64,000 bases of DNA, taken from the NCBI GenBank assembly GCA_040377305.1, contig JBEIPA010000011.1:1-64000 (forward strand), given 5' to 3'. This document shows, piece after piece, positions 38,563 through 49,301 of the stretch. Source of the stretch: Flavobacteriales bacterium. GTDB taxonomy: Bacteria > Bacteroidota > Bacteroidia > Palsa-965. The first letter of the stretch is position 1. Each line of letters starts with the position of its first letter. The translations under genes and the position numbers were made by a program. The notes beneath the pieces were generated by a model, which was not told where the DNA came from, ran no database searches, and saw nothing but the letters and a program-made list of their open reading frames with translations.

Positions 38563-41424
38563 ATGCGTCCGCTTTTCATCTTCTTATTTATTTCTGCCTT
38601 CCTGCGCCTCTCCGCGCAACAGGATTCTATTGCCGATCCGCTCCAGAGCTATATTCTCTCGCTCAGCAACAAGGTAGAAACAGAAGACAAACTCGTTGGG
38701 AACATGAATCCCGATAGCGCAGCGAACCTTCCGTTCGGAATCGTCAAAGAAATCGGCTCTACGCGATACATCGTGTGTATCGACAGCGCAAAATACGTTT
38801 CAAATGCAGCAACCATGTCGGCGTACATGGCTATGGAGTTTCCGGGTTCGCAACAGAAAATTTGTTTCTCCGCGCAGAACATAGCGTTCAATCCGAAAGG
38901 TGTAATGCCGGGACCGAATACGAAACTTGTTCTGGTTAGCGAGCATAGAATTTCTCTCGGACCGAAAATTACAATGGTGCTCAAGCCCGATGGATTCAAC
39001 TACGTCGAGTGGGACTGCAACGGATTTTCTGCAGTGAATCTCAAAGGGTATTTCGAATTCGATCCGGGAATGATTTATCCCGATCCGGAAAACATCGTGC
39101 AGGATTCTTTGGTGCGTGCAACGTTTCAGATTCACACCAACGACATTCACAACATGGTGGTGCAAACATCCATGGCTCCGTTTTGTGTGCGTGGAATGGA
39201 AGGGATGTCGTTCACTGTTGTTGATGCAACTGCAGATTTCAGCGAGCTCGCGAATGCGCCATCCATGATATTTCCACAAGGCTACAACATGAGCAATTAT
39301 GTTGATCCGATGATGTGGACCGGTTTTTACATGCGCAATTTCATTGTGAAGCTGCCGAAAGAACTTTCACGAAACGGTGAACGTCCAGCTATCGCCGCAT
39401 CGAATTTGCTGATTGATCAGAGTGGCGTTTCCGGTTTGTTCTCTGCAACAAATCTCATCACACTCTCGCAAGGAAGCATGAGTGGATGGGGATTCTCCGT
39501 GCAAACGATTGGCGTGAATATTATTTCGAATCATTTCAACGGCTGTGCCATGGCCGGATACATTCGCTTACCCGTCAGTGAAACGGATTCACTTGCGTAT
39601 GCGTGCGTGATTTCGCAAAATAGTTCCACAGGTGGCATCGATTACGTTTTCTCAATTTCACCAGCAGCCGATATGAAAGCAGAGGTGCTCGGCGGAACAT
39701 TGACACTCTATCCTACTAGTTCTGTTCAGGTCGTGAAACAGAACGGGAAATTTCGTCCGACCGCAACATTGAATGGAAAGTATTCTCTCGCCAACAACAA
39801 CGCGCGAGTTAAGAATCTACAATTCCAGAATATGGTGCTTGCGTCGGACGCCCCTATTATGAGAAGTGCCATATTTTCACTCGTGCCGGAAGAGCCTGAC
39901 ACGAGCAACATGGCGGGATTTCATTTTTCAATTAACAGCATTCAGTTTGGTTTGCTTGGAAATGAACCTGCGATCGCGTTCGAAGTTGGAGTGAACTTCA
40001 GTGACGGTAACGCACTTTCTATTGGTGCAGCGGCGGGTTTCATTGTGAAAACATCAACAACTACGGTTGCAAATCCGGCAGAAGGTGTTGGCGCCACAAA
40101 ACCCAAAATGCAATTCGATGGTGTGATGATCAACAGCATTGCGTTGGACTTTCACAGCGGACCATTCACGCTCGACGGATTAATTCAGTTCCGGGAGAAC
40201 GATCCTATCTATGGAAAAGGGTTCAACGGAAACATCAACTTCACAATTGATAAAGTGATGAGTGCACCTGCGCAAGCCAGTGTGTGGTTTGGTCGCGTGA
40301 ACAACATGCGTTACTTCTACGTGGATGCTGCAATCCCGATTACTGTTCCCATCGGAACCAATGTTGCCATCTATCGTTTCATGGGTGGAATTTATTACCA
40401 CATGTCGCGTTCGGGCAACACATCGTTGGAAAGTCAGTTGTACTCGAATGCTTTTGGCAATGCCAGTCAGTATGTACCGAACAGTACGATTGGATTGGGA
40501 ATCAAAGCTGGTGTCACAATCGGTTCGTATCCATTCGAGAAACCGTGCAATGGAGATGTTGCACTCGAAATCGCATTCAACGCAAATGGTGGAATGAGCT
40601 TCATCAACTTTACCGGAAATGTTTTCTTCATGACGGCTATCAATCAACGCATGAATGTAAATCCGAATAACGTTCCGGTTGTTGCGTCGATTGTGATGAA
40701 CTACGATTTCCAGAATGATGCTTTGCATGCAGCACTTGGAGCGAACGTGCATTTTCCGGGTGTCACAGGAAGCGGACAAGCATCTTTGCATTTCGAACCG
40801 GGATTGTGGTACGTACACATTGGTCGTCCGCAAACACGGGTGACATTGACCGTGATGAATCTCGCAACCATCACTGCGTATTTCGAAACAGGACAAATGA
40901 TTGATCCTATGCCACCACCACCGTCACAGGTGTCTTCTGTAGTCAACATGAATGGCTTGAACGATCAGCGCGATGAAGTAGCACTCGACGCAGGTGGAGG
41001 AGTTTGTTTCGGTGCTTCGTTCAATGCGGGTGAAAGTGATGAATTCGACATAACTGAAAACATAGAAGTGTATTACAGTTTCGGAATTGGTGCAGGCTTC
41101 GACATCATGGTATTGAATTACGGACCGAATGCACATTGTCAGAATTCAAGCGCGGTTGTCGGAATCAACGGATGGTATTCGACTGGACAACTCTACGCTT
41201 ATTTGCAAGGAGCAATTGGTTTGCAAGGTCAGGTTGCGAATCAGAATTTCAATGTCACGATACTTTCTTTGTCGGCTGCTGCACTGTTGCAAGCTCGATT
41301 ACCCAATCCAACCTGGGTCGGTGGTTCTGTGGGTTGCGACTACGACATTCTCGGCGGTTTGTTAAGCGGTCACGTCGATTGCGCATTTTCATTAGGCACT
41401 CAATGCAACATCATTCAACAGTGA
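38563..41424 (+). CDS. Large secreted beta-rich hypothetical protein
   Basis: Signal peptide; 953 aa; Gly/aromatic-rich beta strands. Confidence 0.8.
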   Translation: MRPLFIFLFISAFLRLSAQQDSIADPLQSYILSLSNKVETEDKLVGNMNPDSAANLPFGIVKEIGSTRYIVCIDSAKYVSNAATMSAYMAMEFPGSQQKICFSAQNIAFNPKGVMPGPNTKLVLVSEHRISLGPKITMVLKPDGFNYVEWDCNGFSAVNLKGYFEFDPGMIYPDPENIVQDSLVRATFQIHTNDIHNMVVQTSMAPFCVRGMEGMSFTVVDATADFSELANAPSMIFPQGYNMSNYVDPMMWTGFYMRNFIVKLPKELSRNGERPAIAASNLLIDQSGVSGLFSATNLITLSQGSMSGWGFSVQTIGVNIISNHFNGCAMAGYIRLPVSETDSLAYACVISQNSSTGGIDYVFSISPAADMKAEVLGGTLTLYPTSSVQVVKQNGKFRPTATLNGKYSLANNNARVKNLQFQNMVLASDAPIMRSAIFSLVPEEPDTSNMAGFHFSINSIQFGLLGNEPAIAFEVGVNFSDGNALSIGAAAGFIVKTSTTTVANPAEGVGATKPKMQFDGVMINSIALDFHSGPFTLDGLIQFRENDPIYGKGFNGNINFTIDKVMSAPAQASVWFGRVNNMRYFYVDAAIPITVPIGTNVAIYRFMGGIYYHMSRSGNTSLESQLYSNAFGNASQYVPNSTIGLGIKAGVTIGSYPFEKPCNGDVALEIAFNANGGMSFINFTGNVFFMTAINQRMNVNPNNVPVVASIVMNYDFQNDALHAALGANVHFPGVTGSGQASLHFEPGLWYVHIGRPQTRVTLTVMNLATITAYFETGQMIDPMPPPPSQVSSVVNMNGLNDQRDEVALDAGGGVCFGASFNAGESDEFDITENIEVYYSFGIGAGFDIMVLNYGPNAHCQNSSAVVGINGWYSTGQLYAYLQGAIGLQGQVANQNFNVTILSLSAAALLQARLPNPTWVGGSVGCDYDILGGLLSGHVDCAFSLGTQCNIIQQ

Positions 41425-43550
41425 GGCACGATCAAAAAAAGCGCACCGGTCATTGCGAGCGTTGGCTTTTTCTGCCATCGCGAAGCAATCCCACCGGGCG
41501 GAGCAGCGAAGTACCCACCACACGAGCGTACAACCGACGCTTTTTTTGTACACTTCTATTTATAATTGGTTTCATTGTACTGCGCGCCCAACAATCCGAC
41601 GTCTACATCCGCACCTTTCACACGGGAGATTCCGTGCTTCTTCGTTGGGTTCCTTCCTCATTCGCAAACTGGCAACTCGCAAACACAAACGGATATCGCA
41701 TCACCCGTTTCGGCATGGACGAGTATCTTGATCTTGGCGGACAAGATCTCACAGGTAAAGGAGTAGTGATTGCTGAGAATATAAAGCCACTTCCGAAAGC
41801 AGATTCAACCTGGAACCGTCTGCAGCGGACTATTCCCGCAGCAGGATTTGTGTATTCTTCACTCCACACGCCGGAGAAATCAAATCCCGATCCGAAGAAA
41901 AGAGAGTTGCAACAGAATATCACGTATGGATTCTCCATGAAAGTTTGTGATGATAATCCGGAAGTTGCAAAAGCTGCTGGATTGTTCTTCGTTGATCGCA
42001 CAGCGAAGAAGGGGCAGAAGTACATTTATCGCCTGGAAATTCTGAATACGAACTCTGCTGGTGTTGCAACTGCCGATGAAAAGCTTTCGGTGTTGACAGC
42101 AGCGGCAAATCCATCCGGACAATTTCGCAATCGCACGATGCGACTCACTTTTGATGTAGAGAAAACGCGGGAACAGTATTCCGGTTACATCATCGAGCGT
42201 TCGGATGACAGTATCAACTTCACACGAATCAATCCAACTTTACTTTCGTTTGTTAAATCGCAATACGAAGCAGACAAAAAGGAGTTGGTGTATGAAGATT
42301 CGCTGTCGAAGAACGGAAAGCTGTATTGGTATCGCGTTCGTGGATTTTCTTATTTCGGAATGATCGGTCCGCCTTCTGCAGTTGTTCGCGGAAAAGGAAA
42401 AGAAGAATGGAACGCTTACCCGATTCCCGACACCTGTTATTCTCCCGACAACAAAAAGGTAGTGATGCAATGGACGATGCCGGTTCTCAATGGAGAAACA
42501 CAATTGAAAGGCGTTTGTGTTTTGCGTAGCGTTAAAGTGAATGGAAAGTATACTGCGATTGCAAATTCGATTTCCGGAAATGCATTCACGGATACAGCAG
42601 CGAAATTCACAAACTACTATTTGTTGGGAGCAATCAGTTCAGAGGGCGATACTGCTTTCTCGTTTCCGTTTCTTGCGCAGCTGCAGGACAATACGCCGCC
42701 AGCAGTTCCGAAGAATGTTATTGGCGTAATCGACACCAACGGCATTGTTCGTTTATCGTGGACTGCTGTTGTTGACGAGAACCTCAAAGGCTATCGCGTG
42801 TTTCGTTGCAATACACTTCAGGAAGAGTTTGTGGAAGTGAGTGATTCTGTAATTACGTCAATCAGCTTTACAGATTCAATCACACTTCAAACACTGACCC
42901 GCGACGTTTACTATTCTGTTCGCGCCGTCGATCACGTTTGGAACAATTCCGATTTCTCGCAACCGGCAAAACTCAAACGTCCGGATAAAATAGCACCCGT
43001 TACTCCGCTCGTAAAAAACATTTATCACACCGACAGTACAGTGGTCTTGCGCTGGATCAACAGTTCGAGTGATGATGTTGCATCGAAGAAACTGATTCGT
43101 TCTGCTTCAGGAAAAAGTGTTGAATTGAAATCCTTCGGTGGTCGCGATACCATTTCAACGTTTGTAGATGTTACAGCTGAAGCAGGCGTGAAGTATGTTT
43201 ATTCGCTTGTTGTAACCGACAGTGCAAGCAACCAATCGGTTTTGAATTTCCCTGAGATGAATTTCTCTCCCCGCGTTCGTCCGGCCCTGAAGAATTTCAC
43301 CGCCACTCCCGATTTAGAGAAGCGTGTGATTGCCTTGAAATGGGATTTACCCAATCAGGCTGTTGATCGGGTGATCATTTACAAAGGCAAAGAAGGAGAA
43401 GCGATTCGTTCGTTCAGGACGTTGAGTGGAGTGAGTACGAGTTATATTGATAACCAGTTGTATCCTGGGAATGTGTATATCTATAAGGTGAAGGTTATTA
43501 TGAAAGATGGTTCTGAGAGTAAGATCTCGGAGGTTAAGGTTATCTTCTAG
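41421..43550 (+). CDS. Fibronectin type III repeat protein
   Basis: Multiple FN3 motifs (LSW..V..ENLKGYRVFR, YYSVRAVD); GTG at 41421 overlaps the upstream stop (GTGA) and is preferred to the ORF-track start at 41136. Confidence 0.8.
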   Translation: MRHDQKKRTGHCERWLFLPSRSNPTGRSSEVPTTRAYNRRFFCTLLFIIGFIVLRAQQSDVYIRTFHTGDSVLLRWVPSSFANWQLANTNGYRITRFGMDEYLDLGGQDLTGKGVVIAENIKPLPKADSTWNRLQRTIPAAGFVYSSLHTPEKSNPDPKKRELQQNITYGFSMKVCDDNPEVAKAAGLFFVDRTAKKGQKYIYRLEILNTNSAGVATADEKLSVLTAAANPSGQFRNRTMRLTFDVEKTREQYSGYIIERSDDSINFTRINPTLLSFVKSQYEADKKELVYEDSLSKNGKLYWYRVRGFSYFGMIGPPSAVVRGKGKEEWNAYPIPDTCYSPDNKKVVMQWTMPVLNGETQLKGVCVLRSVKVNGKYTAIANSISGNAFTDTAAKFTNYYLLGAISSEGDTAFSFPFLAQLQDNTPPAVPKNVIGVIDTNGIVRLSWTAVVDENLKGYRVFRCNTLQEEFVEVSDSVITSISFTDSITLQTLTRDVYYSVRAVDHVWNNSDFSQPAKLKRPDKIAPVTPLVKNIYHTDSTVVLRWINSSSDDVASKKLIRSASGKSVELKSFGGRDTISTFVDVTAEAGVKYVYSLVVTDSASNQSVLNFPEMNFSPRVRPALKNFTATPDLEKRVIALKWDLPNQAVDRVIIYKGKEGEAIRSFRTLSGVSTSYIDNQLYPGNVYIYKVKVIMKDGSESKISEVKVIF

Positions 43551-43564
43551 CTAATTGTGGAATG

Positions 43565-44482
43565 TTATTTATTTGTATAAAGGTTTGTGAACAGAAATGC
43601 AGAAATGGAGTTCCATGGTTGGATGACAAAACCAAAGTCTCCCATTACCTTTTGATGATGTTCAGTTATTTCTTGGTAGGCCATTCCGACGCAATTTGGG
43701 TATTGAGAATGATTCATTTTTAAAGTTTCCCTCATATTTTTCTCGTCATAGCCGAATCCTGCAAACATGCAAGAGTCGAAATGCTCTATGGAAAACCGAT
43801 CTGGAATTGGTTCACGTTCATGAATCAGCTTGATCTTTTGTGCGCCCACCTTCAAATTTACAGAGTTATTGTTTTCATCAAATTTGAAGTCTTTTAACTC
43901 GCCAATTGAACCATAAGCGTGATGAATGTCCAATCGAACTGTGCTACTTAATAAATATTCCAATACCCGATCGTAATTAAACGTAATTACACTGAATTCT
44001 GTCGTCGTATTAGTTTCAAGCACCTTAGAGAATTCAGAAATCCAATGATTTTGTTTCAAATAGACGCCATTTTTGTCTCTAAAGATTCCGTGTTCCGCAC
44101 CTTTAATGAAATAGGCAATACAATATTTAGCGATCTCAACATATAAGGGTTCTTCTTTGAATTCTTCAGCAATTAATTGATCAATGGATATTGGTTCCGC
44201 AGGACGATGAAAATTTTCATAGTACCAATCCTGTATTTTCGCCCACAGTTTTCGTTTAAAACAATGCACAAACTCTGTGGTTTGTTTAAAGTCCATTCCA
44301 AAATCTTCCTTTATCCTATTTACCAATGGGGAAATGTACCAGTCCATTTTTGACTCACTATACACATAGCGTGTGGTTATTAGATGAACATCAATTAATT
44401 GGATCAGTTCATTCCCAGTGGGGAAACCACGATGTATATCAGTACTAACACCAGCACCGAGAATTAGTAATGTACGTTTCAT
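43565..44482 (-). CDS. SIR2-like (SIR2_2/AbiH-like) protein
   Basis: LILGAGVS, VITFNYD, HAYGS, FAGFGY motifs; AT-rich and opposite to the flanking genes. Confidence 0.7.
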   Translation of the reverse strand: MKRTLLILGAGVSTDIHRGFPTGNELIQLIDVHLITTRYVYSESKMDWYISPLVNRIKEDFGMDFKQTTEFVHCFKRKLWAKIQDWYYENFHRPAEPISIDQLIAEEFKEEPLYVEIAKYCIAYFIKGAEHGIFRDKNGVYLKQNHWISEFSKVLETNTTTEFSVITFNYDRVLEYLLSSTVRLDIHHAYGSIGELKDFKFDENNNSVNLKVGAQKIKLIHEREPIPDRFSIEHFDSCMFAGFGYDEKNMRETLKMNHSQYPNCVGMAYQEITEHHQKVMGDFGFVIQPWNSISAFLFTNLYTNK

Positions 44483-44697
44483 AAGTTGGTGAAATTGGTT
44501 GAATTTACACTTTTTACATAGTGAGTAAAGCATGTATTTGTAGTGCATCATCAATAGCTCATTACCGGAAAAATTATAGCTTTGAATAGTGTACAGCAGC
44601 GCTGAATCGACCTTTTTCTTCCCTGCTTTTGTTTTAACTCAGATAGCAGAAACGTCTGCAGGTATGCTTTTTATTAAAGTCATTAAATCAGTATAAC

Positions 44698-46263
44698 ATG
44701 CAACGATTTCTATTCACCTGTTTAATGTTTTGTGCTGCTGCTGTTCTGCATGCACAGGCTCCGCAACAAATAAAATACCAGGGCGTGGCACGTGATGCCG
44801 CCGGAGCTGTTATTGCCAACGGAACACTAACTGTGCAATTTGATGTGCATGATGTTACACCTGTTGGAACCATCATCTATACAGAAACGCACACGGGTGT
44901 TACAACGAATCAGTTCGGATTGTTCTCGCTGAACATTGGATCCATTACACCTCTTCCTGCGAACTTGTTTGGAACAGGCGACGAATTTCTGGAAGTGAGT
45001 GTTGACTTCGGAAGCGGATTAGTTTCCATGGGTACTTCACAATTTCTCTCGGTGCCGTATGCGTTGTATGCCGAAACTTCGGGAAGCAGCGGACCTGCCG
45101 GACCAACGGGTGCTACCGGCGCAACTGGAGCTGTTGGCGCAACTGGTCCCTCGGGCGATCCAGGTCCTACAGGTGCACAAGGTCCTTCCGGTGATCCGGG
45201 CCCCACCGGTGCAACAGGAGCAACTGGTGCGAATGGAATAACAGGAGCAACAGGTCCTACAGGAACAAATGGAACGAATGGTGTAACGGGTCCTACTGGC
45301 GCAACAGGTACAAACGGAACGAATGGTGTAACTGGCCCTACAGGTGCTACAGGTACAAATGGAACGAATGGTGTAACTGGTCCCACTGGTGCTACAGGTA
45401 CAAATGGAACGAACGGTGTAACTGGTCCGACTGGTGCTACTGGTACAAACGGAACGAATGGTGTAACTGGTCCTACAGGTACAAACGGAACGAATGGTGT
45501 AACCGGCCCTACTGGCGCTACAGGTACAAACGGAACGAATGGTGTAACGGGACCAACTGGTGCTACAGGTACAAATGGAACGAATGGTGTAACGGGTCCA
45601 ACAGGTGCTACAGGATTAAATGGAACGAATGGTGTTACAGGTCCTACTGGTGCTACAGGTACAAACGGAACGAATGGTGCAGTGGGTCCAATAGGTCCAA
45701 CGGGTATTACTGGTCCAACTGGTGCAACCGGCGCGACAGGTGCGCAGGGAATACAAGGTTTGTCGGGACTTAGTGATTATGCAATTTTCCAGGAGCAGCA
45801 ATCTTCCGGAACAGATGGAGGAACATTCAACAGCGGAAGTTGGACTACACGCACATTGAATACAACTGCGGCATCATTGGGAACTGCAATTACGCTTGCA
45901 GCAAACCAGATTACGCTTGAACCAGGAACTTATTACATAAAAGCATACGTTCCTGCATATCTCGCAGGTGCTCATCAGGCGCGATTGTATAATGTTACCA
46001 CAGCAACCACAGCGATTGCCGGAACAAGTACCGTGGATGGTTATAGCGTGATCGAAGGATTCGTTACTGTTGCAGCCACATCCGTTTTTGAAATTCAACA
46101 CCAGTGTACAACAACGCGTGCAACAGATGGATTAGGAAAAGCAGTTTCATTTGGCGAGGATGTGGTCTACACAAAAGTGCTGATTGAAATGATCAATTCT
46201 TCATCTGCTCCTTCGAACGGATCCGGTGATCCAACGCTGATCTATACCACCAAAGGATTTTAA
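44698..46263 (+). CDS. Collagen-like surface fibre protein
   Basis: Signal peptide + [13 protein letters not shown] domain, SVPYALYA, ~230 aa of G-X-Y, globular C-terminal domain. Confidence 0.9.
   Translation: MQRFLFTCLMFCAAAVLHAQAPQQIKYQGVARDAAGAVIANGTLTVQFDVHDVTPVGTIIYTETHTGVTTNQFGLFSLNIGSITPLPANLFGTGDEFLEVSVDFGSGLVSMGTSQFLSVPYALYAETSGSSGPAGPTGATGATGAVGATGPSGDPGPTGAQGPSGDPGPTGATGATGANGITGATGPTGTNGTNGVTGPTGATGTNGTNGVTGPTGATGTNGTNGVTGPTGATGTNGTNGVTGPTGATGTNGTNGVTGPTGTNGTNGVTGPTGATGTNGTNGVTGPTGATGTNGTNGVTGPTGATGLNGTNGVTGPTGATGTNGTNGAVGPIGPTGITGPTGATGATGAQGIQGLSGLSDYAIFQEQQSSGTDGGTFNSGSWTTRTLNTTAASLGTAITLAANQITLEPGTYYIKAYVPAYLAGAHQARLYNVTTATTAIAGTSTVDGYSVIEGFVTVAATSVFEIQHQCTTTRATDGLGKAVSFGEDVVYTKVLIEMINSSSAPSNGSGDPTLIYTTKGF
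45091..45770 (+). repeat. Coding tandem repeats (45-bp [15 protein letters not shown] unit)
   Basis: Repeated ggtacaaa(c/t)ggaacgaatggtgtaac units encoding collagen triplets. Confidence 0.9.
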
Positions 46264-46300
46264 TTTTCAGGATTTAATGTCGTTTCAAAATTAAAGTAGC

Positions 46301-46666
46301 ATGAAGAAAATCATCAGTGCAGTCGTGGTTATATTTTGTCTCGTTCTTTTCGCAGACAAATCTTACGCTCAGGGAAATTTGCAGTTTAACCAGGTGATTC
46401 TGTATGACATGGCAAGTGGTGGTATTCAGAATATCACCGTTCCTGCAGGAAAGGTCTGGAAAATTGAATCGGCCAGCACCGCCAACGGCTCCAATGCCGG
46501 CATCCAGATCCGGAATGCTGCAGCTCAGGGAATCGGCATTTTATCCACTGCGACCACGGCATCGAACTTTCCTGTCTGGCTGCCTTCGGGTTTTATCGGA
46601 AGCTTCTTTAACAGTAGTGCGGTGCGATCCTGCGTTTCCATCATTGAATTCAATGTCATTCCTTAA
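46301..46666 (+). CDS. Small secreted protein (VPAGKVWKIES motif)
   Basis: Signal peptide; QGNLQFNQV...VPAGKVWKIES...WLPSG...SIIEFNV. Confidence 0.8.
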   Translation: MKKIISAVVVIFCLVLFADKSYAQGNLQFNQVILYDMASGGIQNITVPAGKVWKIESASTANGSNAGIQIRNAAAQGIGILSTATTASNFPVWLPSGFIGSFFNSSAVRSCVSIIEFNVIP

Positions 46667-46735
46667 AACGTTCTCATGAACCCGTTCCGACATTTACCGT
46701 CGGTATTCACGAATACAAACAACTAAAAACTCAAT

Positions 46736-47116
46736 ATGATGAGTAAAAATATTCTCGCCCCCGTATTACTAGTTGCACTTTTCATCATCGGATTTTCGCG
46801 ATCATCTTTTGCACAGGGGAATCTGCAGTTTAACCAGGTTATACTATTAGACATTCCGGCTAATTCAGTGCAAAACATTGCTGTTCCGGCCGGGAAAGTC
46901 TGGAAAATTGAAAGTACAGGTTCTGGTTCTTCAAGCGCGAATGGTGTTTACCTGAGAAATGCCAGTGCTGTCGCTATCGCTTATCTTGGACCTATGTCAG
47001 TAAGCACTTCCGTGTATCCTTACTGGCTGCCATCAGGTTTTAACGGATCTTTCCAGAATTTTCATCCTTCCTTGCGAATGTCTGTTTCCATTATCGAATT
47101 TAATGTGGTGCCTTAG
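46736..47116 (+). CDS. Small secreted protein, paralogue of 46301-46666
   Basis: Same motifs. Confidence 0.8.
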   Translation: MMSKNILAPVLLVALFIIGFSRSSFAQGNLQFNQVILLDIPANSVQNIAVPAGKVWKIESTGSGSSSANGVYLRNASAVAIAYLGPMSVSTSVYPYWLPSGFNGSFQNFHPSLRMSVSIIEFNVVP

Positions 47117-47639
47117 ATTTATTTTTTCAAATACATTTCCGGATAAGCGTCTTATTTTGATTCTTATCCTTTTGAGTTTTTCGCAGCAGGGTTTTTCTCA
47201 GGGCACAACTCCGCAACAACAGGCGAAGATCGACAGCCTCATGTCGTACATTAATCTGCAGCTCCTCGAGGGAAAAGTTCCGGATCAGAAATATATTGAC
47301 AGTACGAACGCCGTCATCAGGAGCATGAATGTAAGTGTAGCAGTAAATGATTCCACCGAAAAACATCCAGCCGATTCGGTGAACGAAATAACGAAACAAA
47401 GCATTGCCGGTTCCAGCTTCACTGTTCCTCCTGGTAAAGTCTGGCGTGTGAATAAGTTGTATGTGAATGATGGAGGCTCGTATAATGTTTTGGTGACCTC
47501 TGTAAAGTTCGACACGTTGCTCACAGCAGGGGGAAAGCTATTTACTCCGTCGTGGACTGCCGAAGGAGAATTGCTGAACGGCGATCAATCGGGCTTCTCG
47601 TATATTTTTAAGATTGAAGAAACGAATGCCGGAAATTGA
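47103..47639 (+). CDS. Secreted protein with a VPPGKVWRV motif (start uncertain)
   Basis: Signal-like segment; divergent copy of the same motif. Confidence 0.7.
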   Translation: MWCLRFIFSNTFPDKRLILILILLSFSQQGFSQGTTPQQQAKIDSLMSYINLQLLEGKVPDQKYIDSTNAVIRSMNVSVAVNDSTEKHPADSVNEITKQSIAGSSFTVPPGKVWRVNKLYVNDGGSYNVLVTSVKFDTLLTAGGKLFTPSWTAEGELLNGDQSGFSYIFKIEETNAGN

Positions 47640-47650
47640 TACAACTTCGC

Positions 47651-48370
47651 TCAATAACTCTGCGCATTCTTCCAGAAATTAAGTCCCACCGTAAACTGAA
47701 ACGTTGAAGTAAACGTTCTGAAATCAGTTTTCTCATTATTGTTCAGTTTGAATTGGCGGAACTCCACTGTAGGGCGCAGACCGAATGCAAGCCAACGGAA
47801 CGGAACAAACTGCAACTGTGCATCGAATCGCAAACTGAAACCGTCAACAGCTTTCTTTCCTGAACGCGTGAACAGTGCTTCCGAGGTGAACGTGCTCATC
47901 GTGCGGAAAACATCGCCTATTGGTAACACGTGCGCAATTTGTCCGCCGACTGCAAAGAAGTGACCATTGTCTTCAAACGCGCCGGTTACATTGTTTGGAA
48001 GATGTGGTCCGTGCCAACCCAGATTTCCTGTGAGACCAATACCGAGCGGACCATATTGCTTGCCGCAGGAAAATTCGGCGAGCGAAATATCCACTCCCCG
48101 AATTCCGTCGTCGCCTGCTTTCCATGCATTGTCTCCATTGATAAAATAATTCATGTTCACCATGAAAAAATTTTCTCCCGTGAAGAAAATGCACTCGAAG
48201 CTCGCATAGCGCACAGGAAAGGAACCTTTATCTCCCGTGTTGGTCACTTTGTATTTTGAATTGCCCACGTTAAAACCGAATTGACGCATCGCAAATTCCG
48301 TTGATGTTTGCGCGTGTATCGTACACGCGCAAAAAATAACAGCCAGGCAAACAAGCAGTTTCATCTTCAT
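47651..48370 (-). CDS. Putative outer-membrane beta-barrel protein
   Basis: Signal peptide; alternating beta-strand pattern ending FQFTVGLNF. Confidence 0.65.
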   Translation of the reverse strand: MKMKLLVCLAVIFCACTIHAQTSTEFAMRQFGFNVGNSKYKVTNTGDKGSFPVRYASFECIFFTGENFFMVNMNYFINGDNAWKAGDDGIRGVDISLAEFSCGKQYGPLGIGLTGNLGWHGPHLPNNVTGAFEDNGHFFAVGGQIAHVLPIGDVFRTMSTFTSEALFTRSGKKAVDGFSLRFDAQLQFVPFRWLAFGLRPTVEFRQFKLNNNEKTDFRTFTSTFQFTVGLNFWKNAQSY

Positions 48371-48371
48371 T

Positions 48372-49301
48372 TCACTTGCTGTTTTTAGTAATTGCTTCCT
48401 TCATTTCATCCTGCATCTTTTCTGCGAATGCACCGAGAATATCTGCAATACCGTCGTACTGCTCATTCACAATGGCTTTCTTCTCTACGTCGGCAATGTG
48501 CATGCTCTTCTTGAAGTAGAAATATCCACCGGCATATTCCTGTCCGGCATAGTAGCCTGCGCCCATATTTTGTGAAACATATTTCTTGTCTTGCTTTGCA
48601 ATCGGGTTCGGTCCATGCAACGCCATTTTGAATCCGTTCATGTTTACTTCTTTCATATTGCTAGTGACTTCAAACGCGATGCTCAGAACGGCATCAACTC
48701 CAAGTTTATTGGCAAGATCAAACCCAAGTGATACCATTCGTTCGTGATCTGCAGCAGCGCTGATGTCGAATCCGCGGTAGAAATCTGCAGCTACCGACAT
48801 ATCCACGTTTTTCGTTTCGATTCCGCTCAGGAAAGAGCCAAGTTTTGATATTTGCGGCTGGAAAGTTGTTGTATAATAAGTCTTCTTCTCCTCCGTGTTC
48901 AGGTACTGATCAGGAGTGAGTAGTACAATTCCCATTGCAGCATATTTCTCTTTCAACTGCGTGATCGTTGCTTTGTGCAACCCGTTTGCCACAAAGTTTC
49001 CGCCATTCTCCGACAGGTTATACTTGTACAAGTAATATCCGCCTTTCACTTCATTGCCCTTGTCGTAGATGTAATAGGTGATCAGTGCAATCGTATCCGG
49101 AAGTTGGGTGGTGGACGTGAGATACGGATTACGCCCGTGACCATCATCGTATCCATTTGCAGTGATGGGTTTGGCATCGATTACAATTTGCTTTTTCAGT
49201 TTGTCGATTCCGTCATCGTCTATCAATTTGCGGATCGGACTTTTGTCTGAGGCGAGTATCATTGATGATACGAATGCGCCAACGAAGAATAGTTTTGTCA
49301 T
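48372..49301 (-). CDS. Secreted hypothetical protein
   Basis: Signal-like N-terminus; 309-aa ORF. Confidence 0.7.
   Translation of the reverse strand: MTKLFFVGAFVSSMILASDKSPIRKLIDDDGIDKLKKQIVIDAKPITANGYDDGHGRNPYLTSTTQLPDTIALITYYIYDKGNEVKGGYYLYKYNLSENGGNFVANGLHKATITQLKEKYAAMGIVLLTPDQYLNTEEKKTYYTTTFQPQISKLGSFLSGIETKNVDMSVAADFYRGFDISAAADHERMVSLGFDLANKLGVDAVLSIAFEVTSNMKEVNMNGFKMALHGPNPIAKQDKKYVSQNMGAGYYAGQEYAGGYFYFKKSMHIADVEKKAIVNEQYDGIADILGAFAEKMQDEMKEAITKNSK

Noticed and set aside
41136-41420. N-terminal extension of the FN3 ORF
   Set aside because: Overlaps the upstream CDS by 289 bp; the coupled GTG at 41421 is more plausible
44910-45386. Antisense Pro/Val-rich ORF and other short overlapping ORFs in the track
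   Set aside because: Shadows of repetitive or real CDSs on the opposite strand or in another frame
45091-45770. CRISPR array
   Set aside because: Contiguous coding G-X-Y repeats with no unique spacers and no cas genes
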